This document shows positions 46,918 to 56,397 of a stretch of 64,000 bases of DNA, one piece after another. The position numbers were made by a program, and so were the translations under genes. Numbering within the stretch: position 1 is the first letter of the stretch; the number at the start of each line of letters is the position of its first letter. Below the pieces are notes generated by a model that searched no databases, was not told the DNA's origin, and saw only the letters and a program-made list of their open reading frames with translations. Source of the stretch: a virus; IMG/VR virus record IMGVR_UViG_3300046170_000289; one strand, written 5' to 3'.

Positions 46918-47348
46918 ACGTTTAACTCTGTTTCTGTGAGAATTAGGAATTCCATACGACGATCCTTACAGTATTCTCTTGCTGCCTTCCACTTTGCTTG
47001 GTTGACACCGTAAGTTTTCACTTCAGTTATGTATCTTTTAGTCTGCCTCTTTGGGCGCTTCGGGGGCGAGCACTGTATCTTCGGTTTAACCTCGATAATG
47101 AACTTCTGAGTCCCTCCGTTTCTAGTTCTTGCTCTGACGTAGAAGTCGGGAAAATAGCGGTGAATCCGACTGTCAACAGGACTGATGTATGGAATAACGA
47201 TCTCTTCACTGCCCCACTCCAATACGTTTACATTTTTATCACACCAGACCATAAACTTTCTTTCCCACAAACTCCTATAAATAATATTGGTGGGATCACC
47301 CTTATACTTATGTCTATTTGATGGTCTGAATTTGCCCGAATAACTCAT
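46914..47348 (-). CDS. gp4: gp4 head completion nuclease
   Basis: YKGDPTNIIYRSLWE, HRYFPDF, IEVKP, VNQAKW; start MSYSG at 47348. Confidence 0.92.
   Translation of the reverse strand: MSYSGKFRPSNRHKYKGDPTNIIYRSLWERKFMVWCDKNVNVLEWGSEEIVIPYISPVDSRIHRYFPDFYVRARTRNGGTQKFIIEVKPKIQCSPPKRPKRQTKRYITEVKTYGVNQAKWKAAREYCKDRRMEFLILTETELNV
47276..47283 (+). promoter_or_regulatory. T4-type late promoter TATAAATA for gp48 (lies inside gp4)
   Basis: Exact T4 late consensus 64 bp upstream of the gp48 start. Confidence 0.65.
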
Positions 47349-48258
47349 GTCAGAAACCTTAGTATTTCCAAGGGTCAAACCGTTAGGGACCAGCGGTAGC
47401 ACCAGAGCGTCTATCAGAGATAAAGCTGCTTTCCCAACGGAAGTCATAGACTACCTTAAGTTAAATATTTATAAACACCAAAAGAGAGGTGATAAAGGAA
47501 GTGGTGGAATTCAAAAATCCCTCTACCTATATCTTCCTCCTGGTTTGAATGAGAGATATTCTGCCAAGTATGAAGGTAAAAACCTTGGTGCAGTTGGTAA
47601 TGCAGTACTTGATGCTGCTGCTGACGTGGTTGGTAGTGGTGGATCTCTTGACAATATTGGTAAAAATGTTTCAGCAGCGGCAGCTGCAGCAAAACCTGCT
47701 CTAGGATTTAAGATTGGTGCTGCAGCCATCAACACGACGGTGGGTGAAGTGTCACCTTATGGGTTTAACATTGATTCTAACGACCTTTCCCAAATAACGC
47801 AAGGTAAAGTATTCAACCCTTATGAAGAGATGCTCTTCAAAGGTGTTGGGTTTATCTCTCATAGTTTTAAGTTTACCTTTGTGCCTAAGAGTGCTGCTGA
47901 TGTGCAGACAATCTATGAGATCATTAGTTCTCTTAGACAGTCAATGCACCCTGCAAAAGAAGGAAACGACTGGTTGCTCATCCCTGATAAGTTTAAGGCA
48001 GAAATTGTTAGATACGTTTCTAAGGATGATAGAGAAGAATTGGGTGAGGGTAATGCAGCAAAAGGATATATGAATACACTCATGCGATTCCCTCACAAGA
48101 TGGTGTTGCAAGACATGAGTGTTGACTTTGGTGATTCAACTGCAATTCGCACCCAGATTCCTGGCATGGAATCAAAGGATTTCGGTTTCGCTGTCTATAA
48201 CATGACTCTTACTTTCCAAGAAACCAAATACCGCACACGCGAAAACTTTGAAGACTAA
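47347..48258 (+). CDS. gp48: gp48 baseplate tail tube cap
   Basis: LYLPP, NPYEEMLFKG...F.F.FVPKS..D, IPDKF, LTFQE. Confidence 0.85.
   Translation: MSETLVFPRVKPLGTSGSTRASIRDKAAFPTEVIDYLKLNIYKHQKRGDKGSGGIQKSLYLYLPPGLNERYSAKYEGKNLGAVGNAVLDAAADVVGSGGSLDNIGKNVSAAAAAAKPALGFKIGAAAINTTVGEVSPYGFNIDSNDLSQITQGKVFNPYEEMLFKGVGFISHSFKFTFVPKSAADVQTIYEIISSLRQSMHPAKEGNDWLLIPDKFKAEIVRYVSKDDREELGEGNAAKGYMNTLMRFPHKMVLQDMSVDFGDSTAIRTQIPGMESKDFGFAVYNMTLTFQETKYRTRENFED
47466..47473 (-). promoter_or_regulatory. T4-type late promoter TATAAATA for gp4 (lies inside gp48)
   Basis: Exact consensus about 118 bp upstream of the gp4 start. Confidence 0.55.
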
Positions 48259-49217
48259 TGGCAAATTATTTCTCCTACTTACCAGATGTATTCGTAAGGA
48301 CATCAAGTTATCGCACAGGTAGCAATGATCCTTACGTTAGAGCGAAGAATCTCTTTCGTCGTATTAAGATCAGAGATGATCTGAGTGATGTGATTCTTGG
48401 ATTTGAAAAATACATTATTCAACATAATGAAAGACCTGAGCAGATTGCTGACAGGGTATATGGTGATGTTGACTATGATTGGGTTGTGCTCCTCACTAAT
48501 AACATCATCAACATCTATGATGAATGGCCTATGAGTGAGCAGGAGATGTATCAGCACATGGTCCGTAAGTATGGTGTTGCTCATGTAGAGAGTGTCCACC
48601 ACTGGGTGACACAAGAAATTAAAAGCACAAGGGGTGATGTAGTCCTTAGAGATGGATTTGAGGTCCCAGAGGACTTCCAATACCAGAGACCTGATGGCAC
48701 AGTTATCCCTAGAGAAGAGTTAATTAGACCCGTCTCCAATTATGACTATGAAACTCAATTGAATGACTATAAGAGAGGTATACACATCCTTAAACCTCAA
48801 TATATCGATGCATTCGTTGAAGAATTTGAGAAACTGGTTGAATACCTTCCTTCTAATGAAGTTGATGCTGCTACAGGCATTAAGAAGACTTCTAACGTTG
48901 TTGCAGAAGCATTTACCAACGTCAAACCCACATACGAGACTCTTGTGGGAAGAACATCGTCTATCGACTTCTCCTCTTCAGCAGAATACACCTCCAGAAA
49001 CTTTGGATCTTCTGATCCTACTATCTCTGAAGGTGATGTGCTTGCTGATGGTAGCACCGTTGCAGTTACTGTCTCTACTGGCACTAATAGTGCTACTATT
49101 GAGCAGGCAGGACAGATGGATACAACTGAAACTAACCAATATGGATCTGCTGGATCTTCTAGTGGTCAGACATCAGGATCCTCAGGATCGTCCTACAGCG
49201 GTGGTGGTGGATATTAA
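48258..49217 (+). CDS. gp53: gp53 baseplate wedge subunit with Ser/Gly/Thr-rich C-terminal extension
   Basis: YFSYLP, ERPEQIA..VYGD..YDWVVLLTNNIIN...EWP. Confidence 0.9.
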   Translation: MANYFSYLPDVFVRTSSYRTGSNDPYVRAKNLFRRIKIRDDLSDVILGFEKYIIQHNERPEQIADRVYGDVDYDWVVLLTNNIINIYDEWPMSEQEMYQHMVRKYGVAHVESVHHWVTQEIKSTRGDVVLRDGFEVPEDFQYQRPDGTVIPREELIRPVSNYDYETQLNDYKRGIHILKPQYIDAFVEEFEKLVEYLPSNEVDAATGIKKTSNVVAEAFTNVKPTYETLVGRTSSIDFSSSAEYTSRNFGSSDPTISEGDVLADGSTVAVTVSTGTNSATIEQAGQMDTTETNQYGSAGSSSGQTSGSSGSSYSGGGGY

Positions 49218-49459
49218 ATAAGTCCTCTGTCTTTTGCTACATGTAGCAATTCTTTCAAATTACCCACATGTTGCGCTCCAAGTGCAATTTGTGGGTATTC
49301 TGCTTTTGGTCCAAATTCGTTTTCAAACGCTCTTTGGTCAAAATGCTGATCTAGGCGATATTCGAGATATTCGCCATCTAGTGCTTTTAGCAGTTGTGCT
49401 GCTCTTTCACATTCAAGGCTTCCATTAGAATAGATTACGGCGGTCTGAGGTACTACCAT
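49214..49459 (-). CDS. glutaredoxin-like protein (degenerate, single Cys)
   Basis: IYSNG..EC...EFG..AEYPQI..G..HVG.L Grx fold. Confidence 0.7.
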   Translation of the reverse strand: MVVPQTAVIYSNGSLECERAAQLLKALDGEYLEYRLDQHFDQRAFENEFGPKAEYPQIALGAQHVGNLKELLHVAKDRGLI

Positions 49460-49611
49460 TACTTCTCCTTGTGATCGTAGGTAATTACTATCTTTTGATG
49501 CTGGGTCTTTCTATCAGTGCAGATATAGTGACTTACTTCGCCACCTAATATCCTGCATATATTATCTAGTTGCAATTCAAGTGCGAAACCTTTATCATTT
49601 TCAAATTTCAT
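49459..49611 (-). CDS. hypothetical protein (50 aa, MKFENDKGFALELQL...)
   Basis: Read manually; coupled overlaps at both ends. Confidence 0.6.
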   Translation of the reverse strand: MKFENDKGFALELQLDNICRILGGEVSHYICTDRKTQHQKIVITYDHKEK

Positions 49612-49838
49612 AGATCTAGCTCAAGTTGTAGTTTTGCCTCTTCTTCTATTCGGTGTTGCTCTGCCCACATCTCAGCAACCATATCTACTGCTGGTGGGGT
49701 CTTATAGTGCTCGGGTGGTTTTGACTTCCACTCGTCAATTGCTTCCTGTGTAGGAATAGAGATTCGGAAAGGAATATCATCCTCCACGAATTCCTTATTC
49801 ATATCAATATAAGTCTGTGGAGTGATCTTTTCACTCAT
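49608..49838 (-). CDS. hypothetical protein
   Basis: 76-aa ORF. Confidence 0.7.
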   Translation of the reverse strand: MSEKITPQTYIDMNKEFVEDDIPFRISIPTQEAIDEWKSKPPEHYKTPPAVDMVAEMWAEQHRIEEEAKLQLELDL

Positions 49839-50122
49839 AGTGTCCTCTCTAAGCGATTGGTTGCTTGGTCTGGAAAGTCTCTTGGTCTGCTATCAGTGGC
49901 ATTGTCGGTTTTAGGAGATCCTTCATTTGCCTTCATAGTGTGCTGATAGTTGGGTCGTGGATATCTCATATAAAATGGATCAGGCATCCAATAGGTCACC
50001 TGCCATTCTTGCTCAGGACACAACTCAAGGTGTTTTTCTACACTATGGGAGAAACTACCAAGTTGGATATATCCATCGTGACTGATGCATCTGCCATCTC
50101 CTGCATCAACCAAAAACAGCAT
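49835..50122 (-). CDS. hypothetical protein
   Basis: Likely start MLFLVDAG. Confidence 0.65.
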   Translation of the reverse strand: MLFLVDAGDGRCISHDGYIQLGSFSHSVEKHLELCPEQEWQVTYWMPDPFYMRYPRPNYQHTMKANEGSPKTDNATDSRPRDFPDQATNRLERTL

Positions 50123-50130
50123 TTTACTAC

Positions 50131-50445
50131 TCAATCTCGCTGCCTCCAATCATCAGGTTTGTCTTGATGAAACCAATTCTTAATATCGTCTGCACTGTCA
50201 AACCCCGTTTTGTGGTTGGATGGGTCGGGGTCGCCTAATCCCATCCTATTCATAAAATCATCGATACTTCCTTCTTCAATGTCTTGGGAAGCTTGTCGTC
50301 GTGCTTGCTTTAACCAGTCTCGGGCAGTTGTATACTGTTTGGCAATTTTCTCTGCCCAGATCATGTCCTCTAGTTTTACTTCTTCCTTGTTAGCGATCTT
50401 CTTACAGATAAACTCTAGTCTAAGTCTGTATTGAGTGGATAACAT
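50131..50445 (-). CDS. hypothetical protein
   Basis: MLSTQYRLRLEFIC...MGLGDPDPSNH. Confidence 0.75.
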   Translation of the reverse strand: MLSTQYRLRLEFICKKIANKEEVKLEDMIWAEKIAKQYTTARDWLKQARRQASQDIEEGSIDDFMNRMGLGDPDPSNHKTGFDSADDIKNWFHQDKPDDWRQRD

Positions 50446-50446
50446 G

Positions 50447-50653
50447 TTAGTCTCTAAAATCGAGTTTGAGTTCGAGGTCTTCCAGTCTATGGAATTCAGC
50501 GTGTGCTCTTTCTTGGCGTTCACAGACGATACCTAGGATATCCTTCATGATAGTGTCATTATCGACGTAATCGTCAATATACTTATCTAGTGCCTCCTTC
50601 AAATAGCGGTATCTGTGCCATTCTTGGGAATATGGTTTGTAGTGTGTTGTCAT
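50447..50653 (-). CDS. hypothetical protein
   Basis: 68-aa ORF. Confidence 0.7.
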   Translation of the reverse strand: MTTHYKPYSQEWHRYRYLKEALDKYIDDYVDNDTIMKDILGIVCERQERAHAEFHRLEDLELKLDFRD

Positions 50654-50744
50654 AGTAAAATAGTGAAAAACCCTGGAGACGAAAAATTACCCCGAATTTT
50701 TTTCCGCCGATCCTGTGAATCAAAAGTGAAATAATATATAGGGG

Positions 50745-51026
50745 TTAATAGTGTCGTCCACAAGGTTTATACTTGAGACGTGTCTGCTTCTCGTAGTAAC
50801 CTTCGACGTATTCGTAGCGCCCTAACCAACGACCAGGGACCCAAACACGTCGGGTTACTTGCACTTCACACATGCGTCTCCTAGGACGCTCATAATAATG
50901 ATGGTAGTGATGAGATTCATAATGCCCATGCCCATCAAACGGCTCCCAGAATTCCTTCCAGGTTAGTGCGTTGGCAGGTGCCGCAGCAGACAGTAGCAGC
51001 AGAGTGGCAAGGGCAAGTTTTTTCAT
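50745..51026 (-). CDS. secreted-type His/Tyr/Arg-rich hypothetical protein
   Basis: Signal peptide MKKLALATLLLLSAAAPANA. Confidence 0.7.
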   Translation of the reverse strand: MKKLALATLLLLSAAAPANALTWKEFWEPFDGHGHYESHHYHHYYERPRRRMCEVQVTRRVWVPGRWLGRYEYVEGYYEKQTRLKYKPCGRHY

Positions 51027-51027
51027 G

Positions 51028-51966
51028 TTAGTCGTTAGCGAGTGCGGCGAAGTAGTCCAAGTCAGGACCATCATCTGCCTTATTTAACTCTTCAATCTTA
51101 GCACCGAATCCACTGGGTGTGGGGTCGGGAGCGACCACTTGTGCAGGTGGCATAATGTCAGGCGAGTTGAAATTGCCACGTCCCTCAGACTCATCCTCGA
51201 AGGACTCGTCACGAGTGCGGACCTGAGTACGACCCTTGTTAAGGACCATATTCAAACGCTCTTCCAGTTTCTCGTAAGACTTGAATGCAGTAGGATCAGT
51301 GAATTCCTTGAGGGAATACTGAGACTTCCACAGTGCTTCCAGTTTGTCATCATCGAAACCACCCAACGTAGCAGGTGATGCGAAGTCAGACTTATCGTAA
51401 TTCCAGTAACCACCAATGGTCTGGATCTTGATACGGAAGTCAGCGCCTTGCCAAAGATCGAAAGGATTGATAGGCTCTTCATCCTCAAACTGAGGTTGCA
51501 TAGAGGACACCACCTTGTCGTGGATCTTCTTACCATACTTATAGAGGAATACTTTACCCTCATTCTGAGGATTCAGTTGATCCTTCACCACATAGATGTT
51601 GCTGTAGTAGGAGAGTTTCCTCTTCTGCTTACGAGCAATCTCTTTGTCAGCATCGAGACCACTATTCCAGAGTGTGCGATTCAATTCACCAACAGGATCT
51701 TTCTGACCCAATGTAGTGAGAGAGTTTTCAATATACCATCCACCAGGACCTTGGAAAGCGTGGCTCCACACCTGTGCCCAAGGAAGGTCTTCACCATCAG
51801 GCTCAGGAAGGAAACGGATCACGGCATAACCGTTTCCGCTCTTGTCCACCCCAGGTTTCCAGAGACGCTCGTCAGGACCAGCACCCTGTGGTTTGGACAT
51901 CTTTTCAATCTGCTGGGTCAGTTTATCAAACGTGCCAGACTTTTTCTTAAGACTTGCAAAAGACAT
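51028..51966 (-). CDS. gp32: gp32 single-stranded DNA-binding protein
   Basis: DERLWKP..DKSGNGYAVIRFLP, HAFQGPGGWYIENS, acidic C-terminus. Confidence 0.95.
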   Translation of the reverse strand: MSFASLKKKSGTFDKLTQQIEKMSKPQGAGPDERLWKPGVDKSGNGYAVIRFLPEPDGEDLPWAQVWSHAFQGPGGWYIENSLTTLGQKDPVGELNRTLWNSGLDADKEIARKQKRKLSYYSNIYVVKDQLNPQNEGKVFLYKYGKKIHDKVVSSMQPQFEDEEPINPFDLWQGADFRIKIQTIGGYWNYDKSDFASPATLGGFDDDKLEALWKSQYSLKEFTDPTAFKSYEKLEERLNMVLNKGRTQVRTRDESFEDESEGRGNFNSPDIMPPAQVVAPDPTPSGFGAKIEELNKADDGPDLDYFAALAND

Positions 51967-52011
51967 GTGTTTCTCCGTTGTGTTGTGTTTTGTTGTGTTT
52001 GCCACCGTATT

Positions 52012-52041
52012 ATGGTAGCACTCTTATTTAGCGTTTGTCAA
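52012..52041 (-). promoter_or_regulatory. promoter for gp32: TTGACA-N18-TACCAT with an internal CTAAATA late element
   Basis: Read directly upstream of gp32. Confidence 0.5.
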
Positions 52042-52180
52042 GCGCCCGTGTGCGGTTTATGATCAGGACCTTCTCACCATCGTGAGTGAATTGTAGCTCG
52101 TCGTCAGCGTCCCACAGTAACTCTTCGTATAGGTCATCGAGTTTCTGCATGTCTTGCCATAGTGCTTCAGGATTTGGCAT
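52028..52180 (-). CDS. small acidic hypothetical protein (50 aa, MPNPEALWQDM...)
   Basis: Read manually. Confidence 0.6.
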   Translation of the reverse strand: MPNPEALWQDMQKLDDLYEELLWDADDELQFTHDGEKVLIINRTRALDKR

Positions 52181-52535
52181 CTTTCAACTCCTTTCTCCAA
52201 GTTTGCAGTTTGTCTTCCATCGTCTGGAGGATCATCATTAGATTCAATCCACCAGAATACTCTTGTGATAGGAGATCAATCCTATCCTTCACATACTTTG
52301 CTTCATTGTCTTTGTCATCAGTAGGATCCAACCCATGTGATGCTAGTGCCAAGCGTGAGTAGAATACTTTCTGCTTAGCAATCAACTCCAGGGTCTTCTC
52401 CACATGCTCTAGACGTTGCTCAGGATCAAACTCCTTAAGACCTGCAGACATCTTCAAGAGATCTGTATAACACTCCTGAATCTCTTCTACTTCCTCTTTT
52501 ACTACGTCACTCTTGAAAAATTCGTTGTCTGTCAT
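52167..52535 (-). CDS. DUF1825-like protein
   Basis: FFKSDVV.EE...LIAKQKVFY.RL.L. Confidence 0.7.
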   Translation of the reverse strand: MTDNEFFKSDVVKEEVEEIQECYTDLLKMSAGLKEFDPEQRLEHVEKTLELIAKQKVFYSRLALASHGLDPTDDKDNEAKYVKDRIDLLSQEYSGGLNLMMILQTMEDKLQTWRKELKDAKS

Positions 52536-52777
52536 AGTGGCAGGATACCTCTACTCGTTCGTTTAATGTAATTTAATTGCTGTGCGTCCCATTTAATTTT
52601 GTCCTTGAGTGGTTTCGAGATGAGTTTACTCACAGTTTCAACCTCGATCTCAAACTCCTCGCAAACAGATGCGACTGCTTCTATGTAGTTGATGAGTCCT
52701 TGAGACTCTTTGACTCGCATTTCCACGAGTGAGGTAAACTTACCTTGTGTCATGAATTTTTCTTCAATCTCTTTCAT
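52532..52777 (-). CDS. gp33: gp33 late transcription co-activator
   Basis: YIEAV...CEE..IE.E.V.KLISKPLKDKI...A..LNY. Confidence 0.9.
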   Translation of the reverse strand: MKEIEEKFMTQGKFTSLVEMRVKESQGLINYIEAVASVCEEFEIEVETVSKLISKPLKDKIKWDAQQLNYIKRTSRGILPL

Positions 52778-53448
52778 TTAAGTCCCTCGACATAGTAGCG
52801 ATACTCTTCGATCCATTTGATGAGTGTATCCATATAAGGTATCTTATCATACTTTTCCACAACTTGCATGGATCCTTGCTCGGATACTGAAATTGTGACA
52901 AGTTTGTCCACTTCAACACCTGTCATCTCATAATACATGTAAGCATACGCTGCTTCCTGCACGAAGTATGACTTAAGATACTCTTCTTTCTTAATTCGAG
53001 TTGTAGTTTTGAAGTCAATGATTGCTAGAGAATTATCAAACTCAGCAATGCAATCAACACGACCAGCAATCCCCAACTTAAGAGAATGAAGAGGGGCTTC
53101 AATACAATGAATGTTAGAAATACGATCAAGATCCTGACGAGCAAACCCAAAAAGGTACTTGGGAAGACCCTCGCTTTTTTCAACTTCTTCCAATTCATTT
53201 TTAAGATAGTGCTCCACGATGGTATGGTATTTGGTGCCACGCCATGATGCTGCACGGCGGATGCGCTCTGCCTCAGTATATCCTACTCGTTTCTCCCAGG
53301 CAAGGATACCTGCCTTAGTATTATGACCGACAACAGTTGTGACGCTAGGCATCCAACCACTATCGGTCTTATAGAATCTTCCGTGAGGAAGAGTCCTACT
53401 CTCCAACTCTTTGAGGGGAGAAGCAGGACCCACATAATTAAAAGACAT
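52774..53448 (-). CDS. PD-(D/E)XK (Cas4-like) exonuclease
   Basis: PSVTTV, RGT.YH, IAGRVDCIAEF...IIDFKT, Q..AY. Confidence 0.88.
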   Translation of the reverse strand: MSFNYVGPASPLKELESRTLPHGRFYKTDSGWMPSVTTVVGHNTKAGILAWEKRVGYTEAERIRRAASWRGTKYHTIVEHYLKNELEEVEKSEGLPKYLFGFARQDLDRISNIHCIEAPLHSLKLGIAGRVDCIAEFDNSLAIIDFKTTTRIKKEEYLKSYFVQEAAYAYMYYEMTGVEVDKLVTISVSEQGSMQVVEKYDKIPYMDTLIKWIEEYRYYVEGLK

Positions 53449-54213
53449 TCACATTCCCATGTTAATTTTAGATACAAGATACTCTTTCACTAAACCAGAC
53501 CTTACGATGTCCTCGATACCAAACTCAACACAGTCGAAGGATGGCATAGATTGTAGGATCTTCATGAAGTCAAGGACGCCATTGCGCTCATTAGATTTCA
53601 CGAGATCGGACTGGGAGTAGTCACCAGAGAAGATGATCTTAGAATCTTCACCAACACGAGTGATAATGGAATCAAGCTCATGGAAGTTGAGATTACTAAA
53701 CTCATCTACAATTATAATACACTTGTCAAGTGTCACGCCACGAATGAATGAGGTAGACCAGAAAGAGACAGTCTCCTGTGCTCTGAGGTTATCATACAGT
53801 GCCTCGAAGGCATTGTCATCTGGCATCTCAAACATATACTTCACCATATTCTTATAGGGAATCTGGTAAAGGTTACTCTTGTCCTCATGATCACCAGGGA
53901 GAAAACCAATCTCTCTAGTAGGGACCAGTGATCGGACCATGTAAACCTTCTCGTATGGAGTCTCAGGATCCAAGACCTCACGCAATGCTAAGTAAAGACT
54001 AATGAATGTCTTACCTGTGCCAGCGGCACCATGCAATACTAGATTCTTACCTTCAGCGTAAGAGTTGAAGATAGTTTCTTGATTGTCTGTGAGTGGATTG
54101 ATCTGCTTGAGATGCTCAAGATTGATAGGTTTCTTTCTTCTCATTTGCTTTGCTGTGAGTGTCTCCAGTTTCATGGAGCGACGGCGTGTCTTGGACTTGA
54201 CAGATGTTGGCAT
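53449..54213 (-). CDS. phoH: PhoH family ATPase
   Basis: GAAGTGKT, IGFLPG, TSFIRG.T, DEFSN, GD..QSDL. Confidence 0.93.
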   Translation of the reverse strand: MPTSVKSKTRRRSMKLETLTAKQMRRKKPINLEHLKQINPLTDNQETIFNSYAEGKNLVLHGAAGTGKTFISLYLALREVLDPETPYEKVYMVRSLVPTREIGFLPGDHEDKSNLYQIPYKNMVKYMFEMPDDNAFEALYDNLRAQETVSFWSTSFIRGVTLDKCIIIVDEFSNLNFHELDSIITRVGEDSKIIFSGDYSQSDLVKSNERNGVLDFMKILQSMPSFDCVEFGIEDIVRSGLVKEYLVSKINMGM

Positions 54214-54227
54214 AGAGGGGGTGTTGG

Positions 54228-54458
54228 TTAGGTGTAACGGGACAAGTTTGCTCTAGGGTGGTCGGCTTGCATCTTCTGCATGACCTCTTTGAATCCATCC
54301 GATTGTTTGGGTTCTCCGTAGGTAGTGCCAGCGACACCTGCCTGCCAGTCCTTATCCCAGTCGGGATTATCTTTACGCCACTGATCATAGGCGACCATTG
54401 ACATAGAGAATTCTTTTTTCTCGCCTGTCTTTAGATTCTTTACACTGTATGTAGGCAT
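54228..54458 (-). CDS. hypothetical protein
   Basis: Start MPTYSVKN. Confidence 0.7.
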   Translation of the reverse strand: MPTYSVKNLKTGEKKEFSMSMVAYDQWRKDNPDWDKDWQAGVAGTTYGEPKQSDGFKEVMQKMQADHPRANLSRYT

Positions 54459-54613
54459 TACAAACTCCTGCTTTGGGGCATTACACCACTGCAAATCCAC
54501 TTAGCAGTAGGCACGTCTGCTTCAAAGAGTTGCCTTGATTCAGACTGGGATCGTGCTTCCACGATCCTGAAGTGGTGACGATTACCTGTAGCAGGTAACG
54601 TATATGTGATCAT
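54458..54613 (-). CDS. hypothetical protein (51 aa, MITYTLPATGNRHH...)
   Basis: Read manually; stop overlaps the next start. Confidence 0.55.
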   Translation of the reverse strand: MITYTLPATGNRHHFRIVEARSQSESRQLFEADVPTAKWICSGVMPQSRSL

Positions 54614-54630
54614 GTATCTAATTAATTTCA

Positions 54631-55371
54631 TTAATCAATCCTCAAACAAGGTTGTAGGTCTTCCCAATAGGTATCATTATCCTCACACCCACACTCACTA
54701 GGGTTAGGACACCAGTCCAGTGCCTTAGAGATAGTAGGAAACTGACAGATGAAATGCTTCTGACATAGTTTAGCGATGTCCATGTGCTCCTGCTGTGTGC
54801 CATTAGCAGACCTCAGTTGGATGTAATGGATCCATGAACGCACAGAGCCCGTCATGAAAATTCTGGTGGGTGCGGCGAGGGGAAGCACAAAACGAGCACA
54901 TTCCTTTGCAATACCTTCACGCAGCAATTCATTGTAGAGATCCATTCCCTCAATAAAGTATTGATGAATGCGTCCCTGCAGGAATGCTTTCTGCTCTGCA
55001 TCCACAGCGTCAATACTATTCTGACGATTCTTTGTGTCTTGCAGACGCAAGTCAGGCACCTCAATCATTTCACTCAGCAGATTAGTATCTGCATAGCGTT
55101 GTGAGAACTCTTGGTAGGTAAAACTACGGTGCCTCAGGATTTGAGCTGCCAGTCCTCTGGTAGTGTTGATCTCAAGCGTCATGAATGCTTGCTCAAACAC
55201 ACTCCAGTGTCCATGCTTAATACAATACTTCAATAGACCAGCAACCTCAGGGTTGTCCTGGTTGTTGGGGTTGCTCACACGAGCGACGTATCCCATATGC
55301 TTCTCAGCATCAGGGGTCACAGATACCATACACACCTTAGAGGAGTGCTCTACAGGAGAAATTTTAGTCAT
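54631..55371 (-). CDS. thyX: flavin-dependent thymidylate synthase ThyX
   Basis: HWSVFE, RHRSFTYQEFSQRY, ECARFVLP, RSWIHY..LR. Confidence 0.95.
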   Translation of the reverse strand: MTKISPVEHSSKVCMVSVTPDAEKHMGYVARVSNPNNQDNPEVAGLLKYCIKHGHWSVFEQAFMTLEINTTRGLAAQILRHRSFTYQEFSQRYADTNLLSEMIEVPDLRLQDTKNRQNSIDAVDAEQKAFLQGRIHQYFIEGMDLYNELLREGIAKECARFVLPLAAPTRIFMTGSVRSWIHYIQLRSANGTQQEHMDIAKLCQKHFICQFPTISKALDWCPNPSECGCEDNDTYWEDLQPCLRID

Positions 55372-55663
55372 TCTTAGGGATAAGCAGGCGAGAGATTACG
55401 ATTAGTCCCATGCTTGTCCAGTAGGTTAGCACAGGTAGTGCGAATAGTCCTGGCATAAAAATATTCCAGACAAACATCAACACCAGTGGTGAGATGAAGA
55501 GAGTGCCGAGACCTGCAACAATAGATTTACCCATCTCAATGTTGCTCAGTTTCTCCTGCTCCTCTTCTTCCTTCTTCAATGCAGCATCAACTGCTGCTTT
55601 CATGTCCTCGATCTGCTGCTCAGCAGATTGTCGGGGGTCAAAATAGACTTGATCTTTAGTCAT
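55364..55663 (-). CDS. membrane hypothetical protein
   Basis: Two C-terminal TM segments; start MTKDQV. Confidence 0.7.
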   Translation of the reverse strand: MTKDQVYFDPRQSAEQQIEDMKAAVDAALKKEEEEQEKLSNIEMGKSIVAGLGTLFISPLVLMFVWNIFMPGLFALPVLTYWTSMGLIVISRLLIPKND

Positions 55664-55938
55664 CCTTTGCCTTTGGTTACCTTTGCTTGGGGTTTGTTTG
55701 GATCTTGCCATAGTTTGGGATTGATTCTTCCTTCTGCTTGTTTATACCATTTCAAGTCATGCTTATACTTGTCCCAATAATGGTCAAAGATATCAACATT
55801 CTTACCGCTGGTAACGATGTCGTAGTGCTCCTTACCCTCGATCAGATAGCAGACGATAAATGCTGAGGTTGGTAGCGATCTATCCTCTGCTGCTTCAAGG
55901 TTACAGTCAGATTGTAAGGTCTTGATCTTACTGCTCAT
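55660..55938 (-). CDS. hypothetical protein
   Basis: Start MSSKIKT. Confidence 0.7.
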   Translation of the reverse strand: MSSKIKTLQSDCNLEAAEDRSLPTSAFIVCYLIEGKEHYDIVTSGKNVDIFDHYWDKYKHDLKWYKQAEGRINPKLWQDPNKPQAKVTKGKG

Positions 55939-56375
55939 CGAGCTCTGCCTCCCCACTCAATCATGGGGAATGCCTCTTGGACTACTGCTTTGGTGATACG
56001 AAACTTCTTGTGGAGAGTCTTATTCACTGCCTTGATAAGGACTTCTGCCTCTGTTGCGTGCAGTCCTTCAAGCATCTGAATAAACATACTCTCTACCTTC
56101 ATCCCAGGCAGTGTATCATCACCACCCTTAAAGAATCGATAGAGTTTCTTTCCTTCCTTCTCTAGCAGTGTGTGCTCAGTGCCTACAGGTGCATCGTTAG
56201 GACGGTAAGGGACATCTTCACCCATGGGGACACGAGGCTCTACACTATCATCAAAGTTAATGATGAAGATAGACCTCAGTGTCTGGGTGTTGTTGTCTTG
56301 CAAGATTTTAATCTTTGCTGCTTTCGTCTTAGCGTTATGTGCTTTCTGAAGCACTTCAGAAATCATCAGTTTCAT
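55935..56375 (-). CDS. hypothetical protein
   Basis: MKLMISEVL...MFIQMLEGLH..EAE. Confidence 0.75.
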   Translation of the reverse strand: MKLMISEVLQKAHNAKTKAAKIKILQDNNTQTLRSIFIINFDDSVEPRVPMGEDVPYRPNDAPVGTEHTLLEKEGKKLYRFFKGGDDTLPGMKVESMFIQMLEGLHATEAEVLIKAVNKTLHKKFRITKAVVQEAFPMIEWGGRAR

Positions 56376-56397
56376 GGTGTGAGTAGTAAGTTTACAT

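Noticed and set aside
34433-48073. Long antisense or off-frame ORFs inside structural genes (e.g. 34433-35212, 45076-45663, 47822-48073; similarly 51448-52062)
   Set aside because: Shadow ORFs fully overlapping well-supported genes, with atypical composition
50654-50744. A/T-tract inverted repeat (GAAAAATT-ACCCCG-AATTTTTTTC) in a 90-bp gap
   Set aside because: Only an imperfect AU-rich stem, and no clear promoter pair could be assigned; too weak to call an ncRNA
52774-53448. Cas4-like exonuclease as evidence of a CRISPR system
   Set aside because: It sits in the usual T4-like cyanophage core context (phoH-exonuclease-gp33); no array or other cas genes are present
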